In this document: one piece after another, positions 19,354 through 29,628 of the stretch
How the letters are laid out: every line of letters begins with the position of its first letter
Position numbering within the stretch: position 1 is the stretch's first letter
NCBI GenBank assembly: GCA_963665275.2
Contig: CAXXIN010000007.1
Span: forward strand, 640,001 to 704,000
DNA length: 64,000 bases
Direction of reading: 5' to 3'
Source: Negativicutes bacterium
Lineage (GTDB): Bacteria > Bacillota > Negativicutes > UBA1444
The notes under the pieces: model-generated
Seen by the model: the letters and a program-made list of their open reading frames with translations, nothing else
Database searches by the model: none
What the model was told of the DNA's origin: nothing
Made by a program: the position numbers and the translations under genes

Positions 19354-20837
19354 AGTTCTCGATTCGAACCCGACTTTTTCTGACCCTAAGCGCACTACTC
19401 CTGTTTTTTGTGCTGATGTCGTTGAGCCTGACCCGGCTCGGTCTGGAAAAATACTATATGTGGCAGAAGGAGGACCTCCTGATTGCGACCAGCACTGCCA
19501 TAGACGATCTATACCGCGGCAACCCTGCCGACATCGCAATCGAACTTAAGCGAGCCGCCAATGCGTTGGGGGCCGGCATCATCATTTCCGACCGCAACGG
19601 GCAGCTGAAATATACTTCGTTCGGCCCCTTCATTCATCAAAGTTCCCCGGGGAATGGCCCTGCTTCTTTTCAGTTTCCTCCCCCGCCGCCCCATATCACC
19701 AAAAGCAGAAAGACGATTGACGACCGGACTGTATTGGAAATGCAGAGCGATCCCGATATCAAAATCGACTTTATGGTCATTGACCGACGACTGAACAACG
19801 GAGACACTTTGCACATGCGCCAGACCGTTGCGCCGATTTCCGAGAGCGCGGCTGTCGCTTCCCATTTCATGGTTTTCACCGGCTTGCTGTCTATCCTTGC
19901 CGGATGTATTTGGGCGTTCTTTTTTGCAAAAAGGTTTACCCTGCCGATCCAAAATCTCAACCGCCTCGCTCAACGCATGGCCTTGCTGGATTTTTCGCAA
20001 AAAGCTTCCATTGAGCGTAATGATGAGATCGGTGCTCTTGGTCAGAGTATCAATCATCTCTCCGACCAGCTGGATACGGCCATATCCGAACTCAACCAAA
20101 AAAACCGCCAATTACTGGCGGATGTGGAAAAAGAACGTCAGCTGGACAAAATGCGAAAGGACTTTATCTCCAGCGTTTCGCATGAACTAAAAACACCGCT
20201 TTCCCTTATTCTCGGTTATGCAGAAGGACTGAAGGAAAATGTGGCGCAAGATCAACAAAGCAAAGATTACTATTGTTCCATCATTATGGATGAAGCAGGA
20301 AAAATGGACCGCTTGGTGCATGATCTATTGAACTTGTCCCAAATCGAATCGGGGGGATTTCAACTGAATCGTGAGACCTTCAATTTGGAAGTTTTGCTTG
20401 GCGAATTGGCCCAAAAATATCAGCCCATATTGACGGACAAAGGGGTTGTCTTGGACCTACAATGCTCGACTGATTTGTTCGTTTCTGGCGACCGATTGCG
20501 CATTGAGCAGATTTTGTCCAATTATTTGAACAATGCCATCGAACATGCTACCGGTGAAAAAAAGATTAGTTTGTCGGTTGCCGCTGCAGAAGATCCTGAA
20601 CACGTCCGCGTCACTGTATTTAACTCAGGCTTCCCCATTCCGCAAGACAGTCTGGAAAAAATCTGGACCAGTTTTTATAAAGTTGACAAATCCCGAACGC
20701 GCGCCCGCGGTGGTCAAGGGTTGGGACTATCGATTGTCCGCGCGATTCAGGAGCTGCATGACAATCGCTACGGTGTGGACAACCTGGAATCAGGAGTTCG
20801 ATTTTGGTTTGACATTGATAAGGCAAAAACTATATAA
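19350..20837 (+). CDS. HAMP-containing sensor histidine kinase (PPPPP in the sensor loop)
   Basis: Two TMs, HAMP, SHELKTP, GQGLGLSIV. Confidence 0.95.
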   Translation: MKFSIRTRLFLTLSALLLFFVLMSLSLTRLGLEKYYMWQKEDLLIATSTAIDDLYRGNPADIAIELKRAANALGAGIIISDRNGQLKYTSFGPFIHQSSPGNGPASFQFPPPPPHITKSRKTIDDRTVLEMQSDPDIKIDFMVIDRRLNNGDTLHMRQTVAPISESAAVASHFMVFTGLLSILAGCIWAFFFAKRFTLPIQNLNRLAQRMALLDFSQKASIERNDEIGALGQSINHLSDQLDTAISELNQKNRQLLADVEKERQLDKMRKDFISSVSHELKTPLSLILGYAEGLKENVAQDQQSKDYYCSIIMDEAGKMDRLVHDLLNLSQIESGGFQLNRETFNLEVLLGELAQKYQPILTDKGVVLDLQCSTDLFVSGDRLRIEQILSNYLNNAIEHATGEKKISLSVAAAEDPEHVRVTVFNSGFPIPQDSLEKIWTSFYKVDKSRTRARGGQGLGLSIVRAIQELHDNRYGVDNLESGVRFWFDIDKAKTI

Positions 20838-20841
20838 AGTG

Positions 20842-20884
20842 TATACAAACCTGTAATAATCCTGTAACAAATTCCCTTCATAAT
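20842..20884 (+). promoter_or_regulatory. TGTAA(T/C)A direct repeats plus a CATAAT -10 upstream of the 20926 gene
   Basis: TGTAATA (20852) and TGTAACA (20863), then 9 nt to CATAAT, the same geometry as at 18528-18570. Confidence 0.65.
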
Positions 20885-20925
20885 AAAGATGGAGTAAGAA
20901 ATCCATCCAGAAGGGAGATTGAATC

Positions 20926-21450
20926 ATGAACATCAATTGGAACAAAAAACTCGCAAGCGGCTTGGTACTCAGCAGCCTTCTACTATCGCTGGCTGTCGCC
21001 ATGGCGGCAGAGCCGCCAAACGCCCCTCCCGGACCCAACCCGGACGCCGTCCAGACCGGGAAGCCACGCCCAGAGGATCATGCCCAACGCCTACGCGCCA
21101 CACTGAAAAAACTGGTCGAAAAAAAGATTATAGAAGCCGACCAGGCGCATCGTGTAATATTGTTCTTTCACCAAAAAGATACCGAACGCAAAGCCGAATG
21201 GGATAAAATCCAAGCGTTAAGCGCAGACGAACGGGAAACTTATATGCAGCAACAATGCATACAACGGTGCCAGAAACGACCAGATTTGGTCAAGGACCTC
21301 ATGGAGGGAACCGGGTTGACTCAGGATCAGGCAAAAGCAATAGCCGATGAAATGCGTCCCCCACATGGTCCTGTTCCTGGCGGCCCTGGCGGCCCCGGCG
21401 GACCTGGCGGACCCGGACCCGAAAAACCTGACAACCCCACCGCGCCCTGA
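20926..21450 (+). CDS. Exported helical protein with Pro/Gly-rich termini
   Basis: Signal peptide ending AMA; EPPNAPPGPNP and PPHGPVPGGPGGPGGPGGPGP. Confidence 0.8.
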   Translation: MNINWNKKLASGLVLSSLLLSLAVAMAAEPPNAPPGPNPDAVQTGKPRPEDHAQRLRATLKKLVEKKIIEADQAHRVILFFHQKDTERKAEWDKIQALSADERETYMQQQCIQRCQKRPDLVKDLMEGTGLTQDQAKAIADEMRPPHGPVPGGPGGPGGPGGPGPEKPDNPTAP

Positions 21451-21466
21451 TTGTTCAAAAAATAGC

Positions 21467-21504
21467 AAGGATCACCTCCGCATGCTACGGATGGTGATCC
21501 TTGT
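21467..21504. terminator. Bidirectional terminator between convergent genes
   Basis: CAAGGATCACC...GGTGATCCTTG flanked by A/T runs. Confidence 0.65.
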
Positions 21505-21511
21505 TATTTTG

Positions 21512-21940
21512 TCATACAGTCCTGCTGAAACCACGAGATACCCCTTGGTACCAACGGCCGATATAGGCATTTCGAATATTCCGTGTAACCCGGTTGCCTC
21601 CCAAATGAACTGCAATTTCGTTTTTCTTTTCTTTCGCCGTTTGAACAAGCTGCATTTGAAGCTCTTTGATTTGATTTTGAAGTTCTTGAACCGCCTTGAA
21701 CCTTGCCTGAACAACAGCGCATCCTTGCCATTCCTGTTCGTCCATCTCCTTTTGCGCCATTATTGTTAAATCCTTCAACAGTTGTCCTCGTATTTGCAAT
21801 AGCCGCTTCAGTCCGCGCAATGATTTATGTTCGCCTTGAAGGAAACGAATCTGCCGTTCCGTATTATCCGCAATGGCTTCCAAAAGAACTATTTTTCTAT
21901 TCAACAGGTTCATATACTCGACTTGTGTCATCATAATCAC
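21512..21940 (-). CDS. FlgN/FliT-like flagellar export chaperone
   Basis: Small, helical, overlaps the fliD stop; C-terminal NAY...G motif. Confidence 0.55.
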   Translation of the reverse strand: MIMMTQVEYMNLLNRKIVLLEAIADNTERQIRFLQGEHKSLRGLKRLLQIRGQLLKDLTIMAQKEMDEQEWQGCAVVQARFKAVQELQNQIKELQMQLVQTAKEKKNEIAVHLGGNRVTRNIRNAYIGRWYQGVSRGFSRTV

Positions 21941-23871
21941 TCATCCGAACTCATTAAAGAGTCAATATAGGAACTTTGTGAATTCATCTCTTCGATCGCT
22001 TCTTCCATTGCAGAGAACTTTGCTTCCCATCGTTCCCGCAATGCATCCAAGCGATCTTCTTCTTTTTCAATTCGTTCTTCATAATCAGTGATTTTAGTAG
22101 TTAATGAATTATCGGTATCACTGCCGTCGCTATCCATTCCTGCCAACTCCAATAACCGTCCCTTATTTCCCGCTGAATCAGTAGATGTGGAAACATAATC
22201 GGATAAAATATCATAGAATCGTAGGGCGATCCCTTCTTCTTCGTAACGCGTTTCTCGTTCAGCACTGGTCATAGTCCTCACTGCCGAGTTGGTGGAATAT
22301 GAGGTCGACTTTTGCGCAAACAGCGCCTGTACTGCGGAAGCGTCTTCTTCAATTGCCGCCGTCAGTGCATCCTCGTCAATGTATAATTTGCCATTTTCAT
22401 CATACGTGCCTGAAGTAATACCAATTGCTGATAGCGACAACGAAGAATCCGATACCGAATCCATTAAGGCAAGTCGAAAATTGCGGAGCATATCACTCAG
22501 CGTATCATCTCCCTCAAGTAATCCTGTTTTTGCTTTCGCATTCCATTTTTCGATCTCGGTGTCGCTCATTTCCGCTTCCTCATCGTCAGTCAACGGAAGA
22601 TAATCGCTGTCATAATTTTCATCTAGTGTGTCGTTGATTGATTCAATCAATGTATTATACGCAACAACAAAATTGTCAATCAAATCATAAACGGCATCCG
22701 TATCTTGCTCAACATCCACCGTGACTTCTTCGGTTGTCACATCGGCAAGTTTATAAGTTACGCCATCCAGTTCAATCGAATTGGAGCTGCGAGTAACTTT
22801 CGTCCCATCGTAGACCATGATCGCGTCAGTTCCCTCTGCGGCCGTCCCACCTAACAAACTGGAGATAAACGAACTGCTGTCGCTATCCGCTACCGTCAGC
22901 ATCTCGCCGGCTCCCGTGTCATCAGATGTCAAAACCAGCATATCCGTCAGTTCATCATATTTGAGCGTTGCGCCACAATCCGAATCATTAACCGCATCAA
23001 TAACATCACCCAATGTTTCATCTTCCGCGAAAGTAAAAGAGGTGCCATTGATGGTAAACGTTACTTCATTATCGCCACTCGTTGAATTCGCAACGAAAGT
23101 CATTGCCGTATCTAATTGCGCAGAGATTTCCGCCAGTGTCGAATCCTCGGTAACTCTATTCGAAGTAACATCCGTTGAAGCAAATCCTAAATTTGTCAGC
23201 GCTCCATCCGATGTGCTATCCGCAATCGAAATCGACGACACCCCGCTGTCTGTAGCGGCAGTAAAAGTCAAAACACTTGCGCCATCAACCGTAGTAGTTC
23301 CGACCGTCACTTTGCCGTTACCGACTGCAGTGTCAACTGCATCCTGCAAAGAATCTGCATCGGTTACGGAAGAATCAATCGTTACCGTATAATCAGTTCC
23401 ATCCACCGTAATAACAAAGCTTTCTCCCACAGCGCTGGTATAATCCGCTGCGCTGCTGGCCGTGATGTCTTCGGATAACGTTGAGCTGCTGCTGATTGTC
23501 TCCGCCGTCGCCAACTGAGTCACTTCAATCGTGTGGGAACCAGCCTCCGCATCCACACCGGCAGTAGCCGTCACAGCCGAAGTATCGGAACTGGTTGTAT
23601 CAAATTGCAAATAGTTTGCTTGTTTGATCAGGCTGGATGAGGATGTGGATGAAAAATAGGTATCGACGAACTCCGACAAGTCGTCAATGATATCCCGATA
23701 CGCTTCCTGCTTCCATTCTGTCAGCTGCAATTGCTGATTTAACGAATCCAGTTTTGAACTTTCGGCATCGACCAGTTCATCAACAAGTGAAGCGGTGTCG
23801 ATTCCCGAAGCAAGTCCCGATATGGCAGTACTGCCGCTGCTGGTAGTGTAGGTGGTAATGCTGCTTGACAT
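21937..23871 (-). CDS. fliD: Flagellar filament cap protein
   Basis: ISGLASGIDT, EWKQEAYR, VTQLATA, YLPLTD..E..MS..EIEKW..KAKTGLL, C-terminal KFSAME. Confidence 0.93.
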   Translation of the reverse strand: MSSSITTYTTSSGSTAISGLASGIDTASLVDELVDAESSKLDSLNQQLQLTEWKQEAYRDIIDDLSEFVDTYFSSTSSSSLIKQANYLQFDTTSSDTSAVTATAGVDAEAGSHTIEVTQLATAETISSSSTLSEDITASSAADYTSAVGESFVITVDGTDYTVTIDSSVTDADSLQDAVDTAVGNGKVTVGTTTVDGASVLTFTAATDSGVSSISIADSTSDGALTNLGFASTDVTSNRVTEDSTLAEISAQLDTAMTFVANSTSGDNEVTFTINGTSFTFAEDETLGDVIDAVNDSDCGATLKYDELTDMLVLTSDDTGAGEMLTVADSDSSSFISSLLGGTAAEGTDAIMVYDGTKVTRSSNSIELDGVTYKLADVTTEEVTVDVEQDTDAVYDLIDNFVVAYNTLIESINDTLDENYDSDYLPLTDDEEAEMSDTEIEKWNAKAKTGLLEGDDTLSDMLRNFRLALMDSVSDSSLSLSAIGITSGTYDENGKLYIDEDALTAAIEEDASAVQALFAQKSTSYSTNSAVRTMTSAERETRYEEEGIALRFYDILSDYVSTSTDSAGNKGRLLELAGMDSDGSDTDNSLTTKITDYEERIEKEEDRLDALRERWEAKFSAMEEAIEEMNSQSSYIDSLMSSDE

Positions 23872-23892
23872 TGTCGGTTCCCTCCTTTAATG

Positions 23893-25011
23893 TCAGGATA
23901 AGTAATCGACCAGAGATTTGGTGATGACTTTCGCACCGACCGATAATGATGCGTCATAAATCGTTTGGGCTGTGGCATATTCCGTCGTAGCCACGGAAAG
24001 ATCCGAATCGATATTTGAGCTAAGCAATCCAGTATAGGTTGTGTAGTCACTGGTTAAGCGTGACGAACAAGTCTCCACATAATTCATGCGCGCTCCCAAA
24101 TCCGACGTTTCCGTGGAAATCGACGCCAAATTGGCATCAATCTCATCCAACAATCCATCCATAGTGAATGTTGTCGTAGTGGTTCCTGTTGCCAAGCCGG
24201 TAGTCGAGTCAACCACGACCGACTGATAACTGGTTTCACCACTCAGTCCGAGTAGCAGTTTGTCAATCGTATCAAATAAATTACCGTTTCCCGTCCCTGT
24301 CACACTCTGGCCTTCCACATTGACAGCCGTCTCACTGCTGTACCCGGTATTGTACTTGATTTCCTGCGCGGTTGTACTGGTGTAGATATTACTGGTCGTC
24401 GTTGACCCGCTCGTTGTCGAAGCATAGGTATTGTAGGCATCCACTAACCCTGTTGAGTCAACCGAACTTGATACCACACTATATAAACTGAGATAGCTTC
24501 CTTTAAATGTCGTTTGTTCCAGCTCTGTTGCATCTCCAGTAGTAGAATCCGTTACAGTAGTCGTCGCTGAATCATATGGTGCCTCATCCGTGGAGTATCC
24601 GCCGAAAATATAGCGTCCTGCATACTGTGTATTCATCAATTCAACGATACTGTCTTTTATTTCGGATACTTCCGCCGAGATGGCCGCAAGTTCAGTATCA
24701 TCCAAAATATCGCTGGAAGCTTGTGATGTTAGATCACGAATTTGCTGCATTGCATCTGTCAGAGAATCCAGTGTACTCGACGTCACTTTCATCCATGAAG
24801 TAGCATCAGTGGCGTTCGACTGATACTGCTCAATTTTCGCTATGACACTGCGATATTGCAACGTCTTGGTCGCCGCAACCGGATCATCCGAAGCTTCCTG
24901 AAACTTCACGCCGGTCGACGTTTCTTCTTGCGCATCACTCAAACGCCCCATATTATCATTAATATTTCGGATTACACTTTGGGTCATCATGGTGTTTGTG
25001 ATCCGCATCAT
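23893..25011 (-). CDS. flgL: Hook-associated protein 3
   Basis: MRITNTMM, SDDPVA, GRYIFGG, LGARMN, SLVDYL. Confidence 0.92.
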   Translation of the reverse strand: MMRITNTMMTQSVIRNINDNMGRLSDAQEETSTGVKFQEASDDPVAATKTLQYRSVIAKIEQYQSNATDATSWMKVTSSTLDSLTDAMQQIRDLTSQASSDILDDTELAAISAEVSEIKDSIVELMNTQYAGRYIFGGYSTDEAPYDSATTTVTDSTTGDATELEQTTFKGSYLSLYSVVSSSVDSTGLVDAYNTYASTTSGSTTTSNIYTSTTAQEIKYNTGYSSETAVNVEGQSVTGTGNGNLFDTIDKLLLGLSGETSYQSVVVDSTTGLATGTTTTTFTMDGLLDEIDANLASISTETSDLGARMNYVETCSSRLTSDYTTYTGLLSSNIDSDLSVATTEYATAQTIYDASLSVGAKVITKSLVDYLS

Positions 25012-25037
25012 TGTCTCCACCCTCTTTCGTTCATCTT

Positions 25038-26588
25038 TTAACCGTCGACCATATCCAGCATGGTCTGATACACTTCTTGCCACATACTAACGGCTTTGGC
25101 CGAAGCGGCAAAAGATTCTTGGTACAGAACTAAATTGGTAGTTTCTTCAGTGGTTGACACGCTGGATACAGATGCACGCCTGGTATCTATCGCACTCAAA
25201 ATTGTGTCATGTCTATCTGTTTGCGTTGTTGCATAGGAATTGGCTGTGCCTAGCGTTGCCGTCATGGATTCCAAATAATCGCTCAAGCTGCAATTGCCGA
25301 AAACCTCTTGCGAGTCGCAAAGATCAATCAACTCCAGCATATTTTCCGCATTCTCCGTCTCTGTCGTATCAGATGACGAAGAGGCTGCAATATTGGATAC
25401 ATCACTTAGCACCTCATATGACAGTGAAATATTCGCCGCCGTTATCTTGGAGTAAGCTGCGGCAGTTTCTTCATCGGTGGGAGTTGTCGTTCGATCCAGG
25501 AAACTTGTGGAACTCGTTTCATCGTAAGTGAAAAAGCAAATTCCTGTATCGCCATCGGAATCATACCCGTCGGCATGACCGGAATAACTGCTGGTTCCTT
25601 CATTAAAGGCTTCAGCCAAAGTTTGGGCGTACTCATCCAGTTGATCCATATAATAAACGATGCCCTTATAGTCTCCATTTTCTCCCGTACCATCGCGCAG
25701 TTCCAGCAATGCCCCCAGTTGCCCGCTTTCCGGAGTTACTGAATCGCCGGTATCACTCCACACCACCTCATACATACCGTTGTCTGTACTGGTGGAATCG
25801 ACCACTTCATTGCATTCCAGCGTCCGATAGTTACTGCCGTTGACCAACGTGCCGCCATCAAGTGTAATAACCAGCGTTGTAACTTTTTCTCCCGAAACGG
25901 ACGTACCTGCCGAAGTTTCCGTTACTTCAACATTCACTAAACTTGATAACTTATCGATCAAGAGATCTCTCTGATCTTCCAGATCACTGGCGTCACTACC
26001 GCCGACCTGCGCTTTCTGAATCTGTTGATTCAAAGCGGCAATCCGTTCACTATAGGAATTGATCTCCGATACGGAAGTTTTGACGTCTTCGTTCAAAGAA
26101 TCCCGTTCACTTGACAGAGATGTCGCCATACTGTTCAAATAATCGCAAACCGCTTGCCCGGCCTGTTGCAAACAAGTCCGGGCATCCGTGCTGTTGGGGT
26201 CGGTAGAAACGTCTTCCAATGCGGCGGAGAAGTCACTCATAACCGTGTCGAACCCATCTTCGCTGCTGATGTCTTCCAGTACGTCTTCCAACTCACCCAG
26301 CGTCGTCGACTTGGTTTCCCATGCTATCGCCACACTGTTTTCGTCCCGGTACTCGGCATCAATCAACGCATCTCGTTCTCGAGAAATCGAAGTAATTTCA
26401 GTTCCAGAACCGGTGCTGGCGCTTGAAATATATATAGCTGCCGGGCCTATCGCCGACTGAGTAACCGTTTTGCGGGAATAACCGTCCGTATTGGCATTAC
26501 TAATATTATTGGTCGCAACCGACATCGCCGCCTGACTGGCATATAATCCAGTCGTGGCCGAATATAATCCGGTAAAAGTCGAAGACAT
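25038..26588 (-). CDS. flgK: Hook-associated protein 1 (copy 2)
   Basis: NNISNANTDGYSRK, DLEDQRDLLID, SGQLGALLELRD, SVSSVS..EE. Confidence 0.9.
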   Translation of the reverse strand: MSSTFTGLYSATTGLYASQAAMSVATNNISNANTDGYSRKTVTQSAIGPAAIYISSASTGSGTEITSISRERDALIDAEYRDENSVAIAWETKSTTLGELEDVLEDISSEDGFDTVMSDFSAALEDVSTDPNSTDARTCLQQAGQAVCDYLNSMATSLSSERDSLNEDVKTSVSEINSYSERIAALNQQIQKAQVGGSDASDLEDQRDLLIDKLSSLVNVEVTETSAGTSVSGEKVTTLVITLDGGTLVNGSNYRTLECNEVVDSTSTDNGMYEVVWSDTGDSVTPESGQLGALLELRDGTGENGDYKGIVYYMDQLDEYAQTLAEAFNEGTSSYSGHADGYDSDGDTGICFFTYDETSSTSFLDRTTTPTDEETAAAYSKITAANISLSYEVLSDVSNIAASSSSDTTETENAENMLELIDLCDSQEVFGNCSLSDYLESMTATLGTANSYATTQTDRHDTILSAIDTRRASVSSVSTTEETTNLVLYQESFAASAKAVSMWQEVYQTMLDMVDG

Positions 26589-26611
26589 AATTCACCTCCA
26601 GAAGCTACGCA

Positions 26612-28111
26612 TCACCTTATCAGTGAAATAATATCCGATACCAGGCCGTCCACAAGACTTAGATATTTCGAGGATGCACTATAGGCGGTTTGGTACTCAA
26701 TCATTTTAGACAATTCATCCTCCATAGAAACACTCGATACTGACAATCGATCGGTGTTGGTTTGCGTGGTCAGACTTTCCTGCGTCGTCACCAGTCCTGC
26801 CGTCGTTTCGTTTTCCGTCGCCAGCCAGGAAACAACGGCTGTATAATAATCGTCGACACTCTTGGAAAGCCCATCGACCTCCAACAGATCCGAATCTTGC
26901 AGCCCGGCAATCGCAGTCGCGATTCCCCCGTCACTGGCCTCGCCGGTCGCAGATACCGCCAACAAGGACGAGTCTGAAGACAAGGCTGAATTGACCTGGA
27001 TATTGCTGATGTTTAATCCTGTTCCGTCGCCTGTTCCGCTGTTGATGAAGAACACCGTCGTATTGGTGTTGGTTGTGTCGGTTTCACCAAGTTCAACGCC
27101 GGAACTAAAAAGATCATTCACTTTGTAGGCAATCGTCGTGATCAAAGCATTCAATCCTTGTCGCAGTTCTCCGATCGAACTGGCGGATGAGGGGTCGAAA
27201 TCATACGGAAGATCTGTACTGGAAATAGTCAGCACGGCGCTCTGATCAGCGTCTTCCATCTGGGCCAAAATACTGCCGGAAGAAAAGCCCACAGTTTTGC
27301 CCGTTTCCGCCCAAGTCACCGTCAACGGATCGTTCGCTGATCCGTCTCCAGACGCAACCAATGTATGTGTCTTATCATCACTGACCAGGTACACGCCGCC
27401 GATCAAAACTTGATATGTTCCATCAGTCTGTACGTTGACTGTAACGTCTGCCAAATCAGACATTTGATCAACCAAGGTGTCACGCTGATCCTCCAGATCG
27501 TTGGCTGTATATCCTTTGGTTTCTGCAAGTTTGATTTGCGAATTCAAATCAGCTACCTGTGTCGCCAAGTCGTTTAACGTATCCACCGATTCGTAAACAT
27601 TCGCCGCACATTCTTCCTGCAGTTGCTGCAACTGAGAATCCATTTCCGACACTAAATCCACCAAGCTGGTTGCCGATTCCAGAACCGTATCCTGTGCACT
27701 CGTACTGGAAAGATCTTTCGCGAGCTCTTCCCAACTGGAAAAAAAATCTTCCATGGCCAATTGTACGCCTGTTTCCTCTGCTGAGTCATCCGATGTAGAG
27801 GTTGAAAAATCGCCCAGCAAAGCCTCCGCGCTGCTCAAAGTATCGCTCTTGGCTTCATAGTAATACAGGTCCGCATTTTCACTGCGATAGGTCCGATCCA
27901 GCATTGTGCTTCGCAGGCGCGTAACCGAATCCAAAGCAACGCCTGTCCCCAGAACCGCCGACGAAGTGACAATTTCGGAAGTATTCGTCCGTTGCCTGGA
28001 ATATCCCGTTGTATTGACATTCGCCAAATTATGGCTGATCGTCTCCAAAGCTGTTTGGTTGACGGACATTCCTGTATAACCCAGACTATATGAGCCGATT
28101 GTAGAAGACAT
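26612..28111 (-). CDS. flgK: Hook-associated protein 1 (copy 1)
   Basis: HNLANVNTTGYSRQR, NDLEDQRD, SVSSVSMEDE..MIEYQTAY.AS. Confidence 0.9.
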   Translation of the reverse strand: MSSTIGSYSLGYTGMSVNQTALETISHNLANVNTTGYSRQRTNTSEIVTSSAVLGTGVALDSVTRLRSTMLDRTYRSENADLYYYEAKSDTLSSAEALLGDFSTSTSDDSAEETGVQLAMEDFFSSWEELAKDLSSTSAQDTVLESATSLVDLVSEMDSQLQQLQEECAANVYESVDTLNDLATQVADLNSQIKLAETKGYTANDLEDQRDTLVDQMSDLADVTVNVQTDGTYQVLIGGVYLVSDDKTHTLVASGDGSANDPLTVTWAETGKTVGFSSGSILAQMEDADQSAVLTISSTDLPYDFDPSSASSIGELRQGLNALITTIAYKVNDLFSSGVELGETDTTNTNTTVFFINSGTGDGTGLNISNIQVNSALSSDSSLLAVSATGEASDGGIATAIAGLQDSDLLEVDGLSKSVDDYYTAVVSWLATENETTAGLVTTQESLTTQTNTDRLSVSSVSMEDELSKMIEYQTAYSASSKYLSLVDGLVSDIISLIR

Positions 28112-29517
28112 CAGCTCACCATATTGATGACAGTTTGCATCATGTCATCAGACACAGTAATCAGTTTGCTTGCCGCCTGATACGCCCGCTCCGCTACCAT
28201 CATCTCCGCGAATTGAGATGATAAGTCCACATTCGATGCTTCCAGCGCCCCGGCGGTCAGGGAACCCGTACCTCCACTTCCTGCGACCACTGCGCCATCG
28301 TACGAACCGGAATTCGCACTTGCGGCATACAGACTGGTCCCGACTTTATCGAGACCACCGGCATTGTTGAAACTAGCCAACCCGATCTGAGCCAGCACCT
28401 GTGTTTGATTATTACTGTAGACCCCGGTAATCGTACCATCGGAGCCGATAGAGTAACTCGACAGAGTACCGCTTGCGTACCCGTCGCTGGAATCTACGGC
28501 AATAGAACCCTCCGTATAGAGACTAACGGCAGAAACATCCATGGAAACTGTGAAATCATCGATGTTAACCAGCTTGTTGCCACTGGCGTCCGTAGCGGCT
28601 GCCATGCTGATGTCATAGGTCTTAGAAAAAGTATAAGTTTCAGGAGTTGATCCCGTTACTGTCGGATCCGAACTGTAATAAGTCCCTGTCAGCAATTTCC
28701 CCGTTGAGTCAAATGCCAGATAGCCGCTGCCGGAAGCGTTGACATTATCGGCTGAATCAGACGCCTCCCAATATACGGTCGTAACAGTCGTTGCCGTGCC
28801 ATCCTCGTCATAAACTGCAGCTGAATAGCATTTTGTAAAATCCACATCCACATCATATTCATTGCCGAGCGCATCATACACCGATATCGTGGCCGAAGTG
28901 TCCGCGTCCAAATCAGTTGTAGCGCCGATATCAAAAACACTGTCCCCCTGCGCCTCTGCCGTCGAATCCAGTGTGCCATCCATCGTCGCCGTGGTTGTTT
29001 TTTCAGGCGCGATCACCTGCTTGCTGGATCCGTCGGCATTATAAAAAAGATTAATGCCTGAAACCGCGGCCTCCGTATCGATCACCTGATCCGCATCCGG
29101 TTCCCAACCGCAGACTTTATATCCGTTCACATTCAGGTTCCCCTCCGCATCCACGCCGAAATTACCGGCCCGCGTGAAATAGTAACTTCCTGTGGTGTCG
29201 CCTTCCACAATGAAGTACCCGCCCCCGTTGATCGCCACATCAGTGTCGACTCCGGTACTGGTAATGCTGCCACTCGTCACATTTGTCGATATTGCGGCCA
29301 CGGATACGCCGAGGCCGATCTGCTTGGCATTGGTGCCGCCGGTGTTGGAAGTTGTGCTTGCTCCCGAAGACGAGCTAAGGGTCTGACTAAGCAAATCAGA
29401 AAAAGTGGCGGTCTGACTTTTATAGGCCACGGTGCTCACATTGGCTAAGTTGTTCCCGATGACATCCAGTTTGGTCTGTTGCGCGTTCAGCGCCGTTAGT
29501 GCCGCATAAACCGACAT
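28111..29517 (-). CDS. flgE: Flagellar hook protein
   Basis: LDVIGNNLANV, QIGLGV, FTRAGNF, VYDALG, LEASNVDL. Confidence 0.92.
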   Translation of the reverse strand: MSVYAALTALNAQQTKLDVIGNNLANVSTVAYKSQTATFSDLLSQTLSSSSGASTTSNTGGTNAKQIGLGVSVAAISTNVTSGSITSTGVDTDVAINGGGYFIVEGDTTGSYYFTRAGNFGVDAEGNLNVNGYKVCGWEPDADQVIDTEAAVSGINLFYNADGSSKQVIAPEKTTTATMDGTLDSTAEAQGDSVFDIGATTDLDADTSATISVYDALGNEYDVDVDFTKCYSAAVYDEDGTATTVTTVYWEASDSADNVNASGSGYLAFDSTGKLLTGTYYSSDPTVTGSTPETYTFSKTYDISMAAATDASGNKLVNIDDFTVSMDVSAVSLYTEGSIAVDSSDGYASGTLSSYSIGSDGTITGVYSNNQTQVLAQIGLASFNNAGGLDKVGTSLYAASANSGSYDGAVVAGSGGTGSLTAGALEASNVDLSSQFAEMMVAERAYQAASKLITVSDDMMQTVINMVS

Positions 29518-29628
29518 CTTTCTTCATCCTCCCGACAACTCTATTTCCTTATTGATTTCCGAAACAGAAGCCGGCCTCCCTGTAAGGGTCCAGCCGAGTT
29601 CTCGGTATCCCTTGTTTTGACGAACACT

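Noticed and set aside
21376-21420. Tandem 9-bp DNA repeats as a VNTR or CRISPR-like array
   Set aside because: They encode GGP repeats with variable third positions; no spacers or cas genes.
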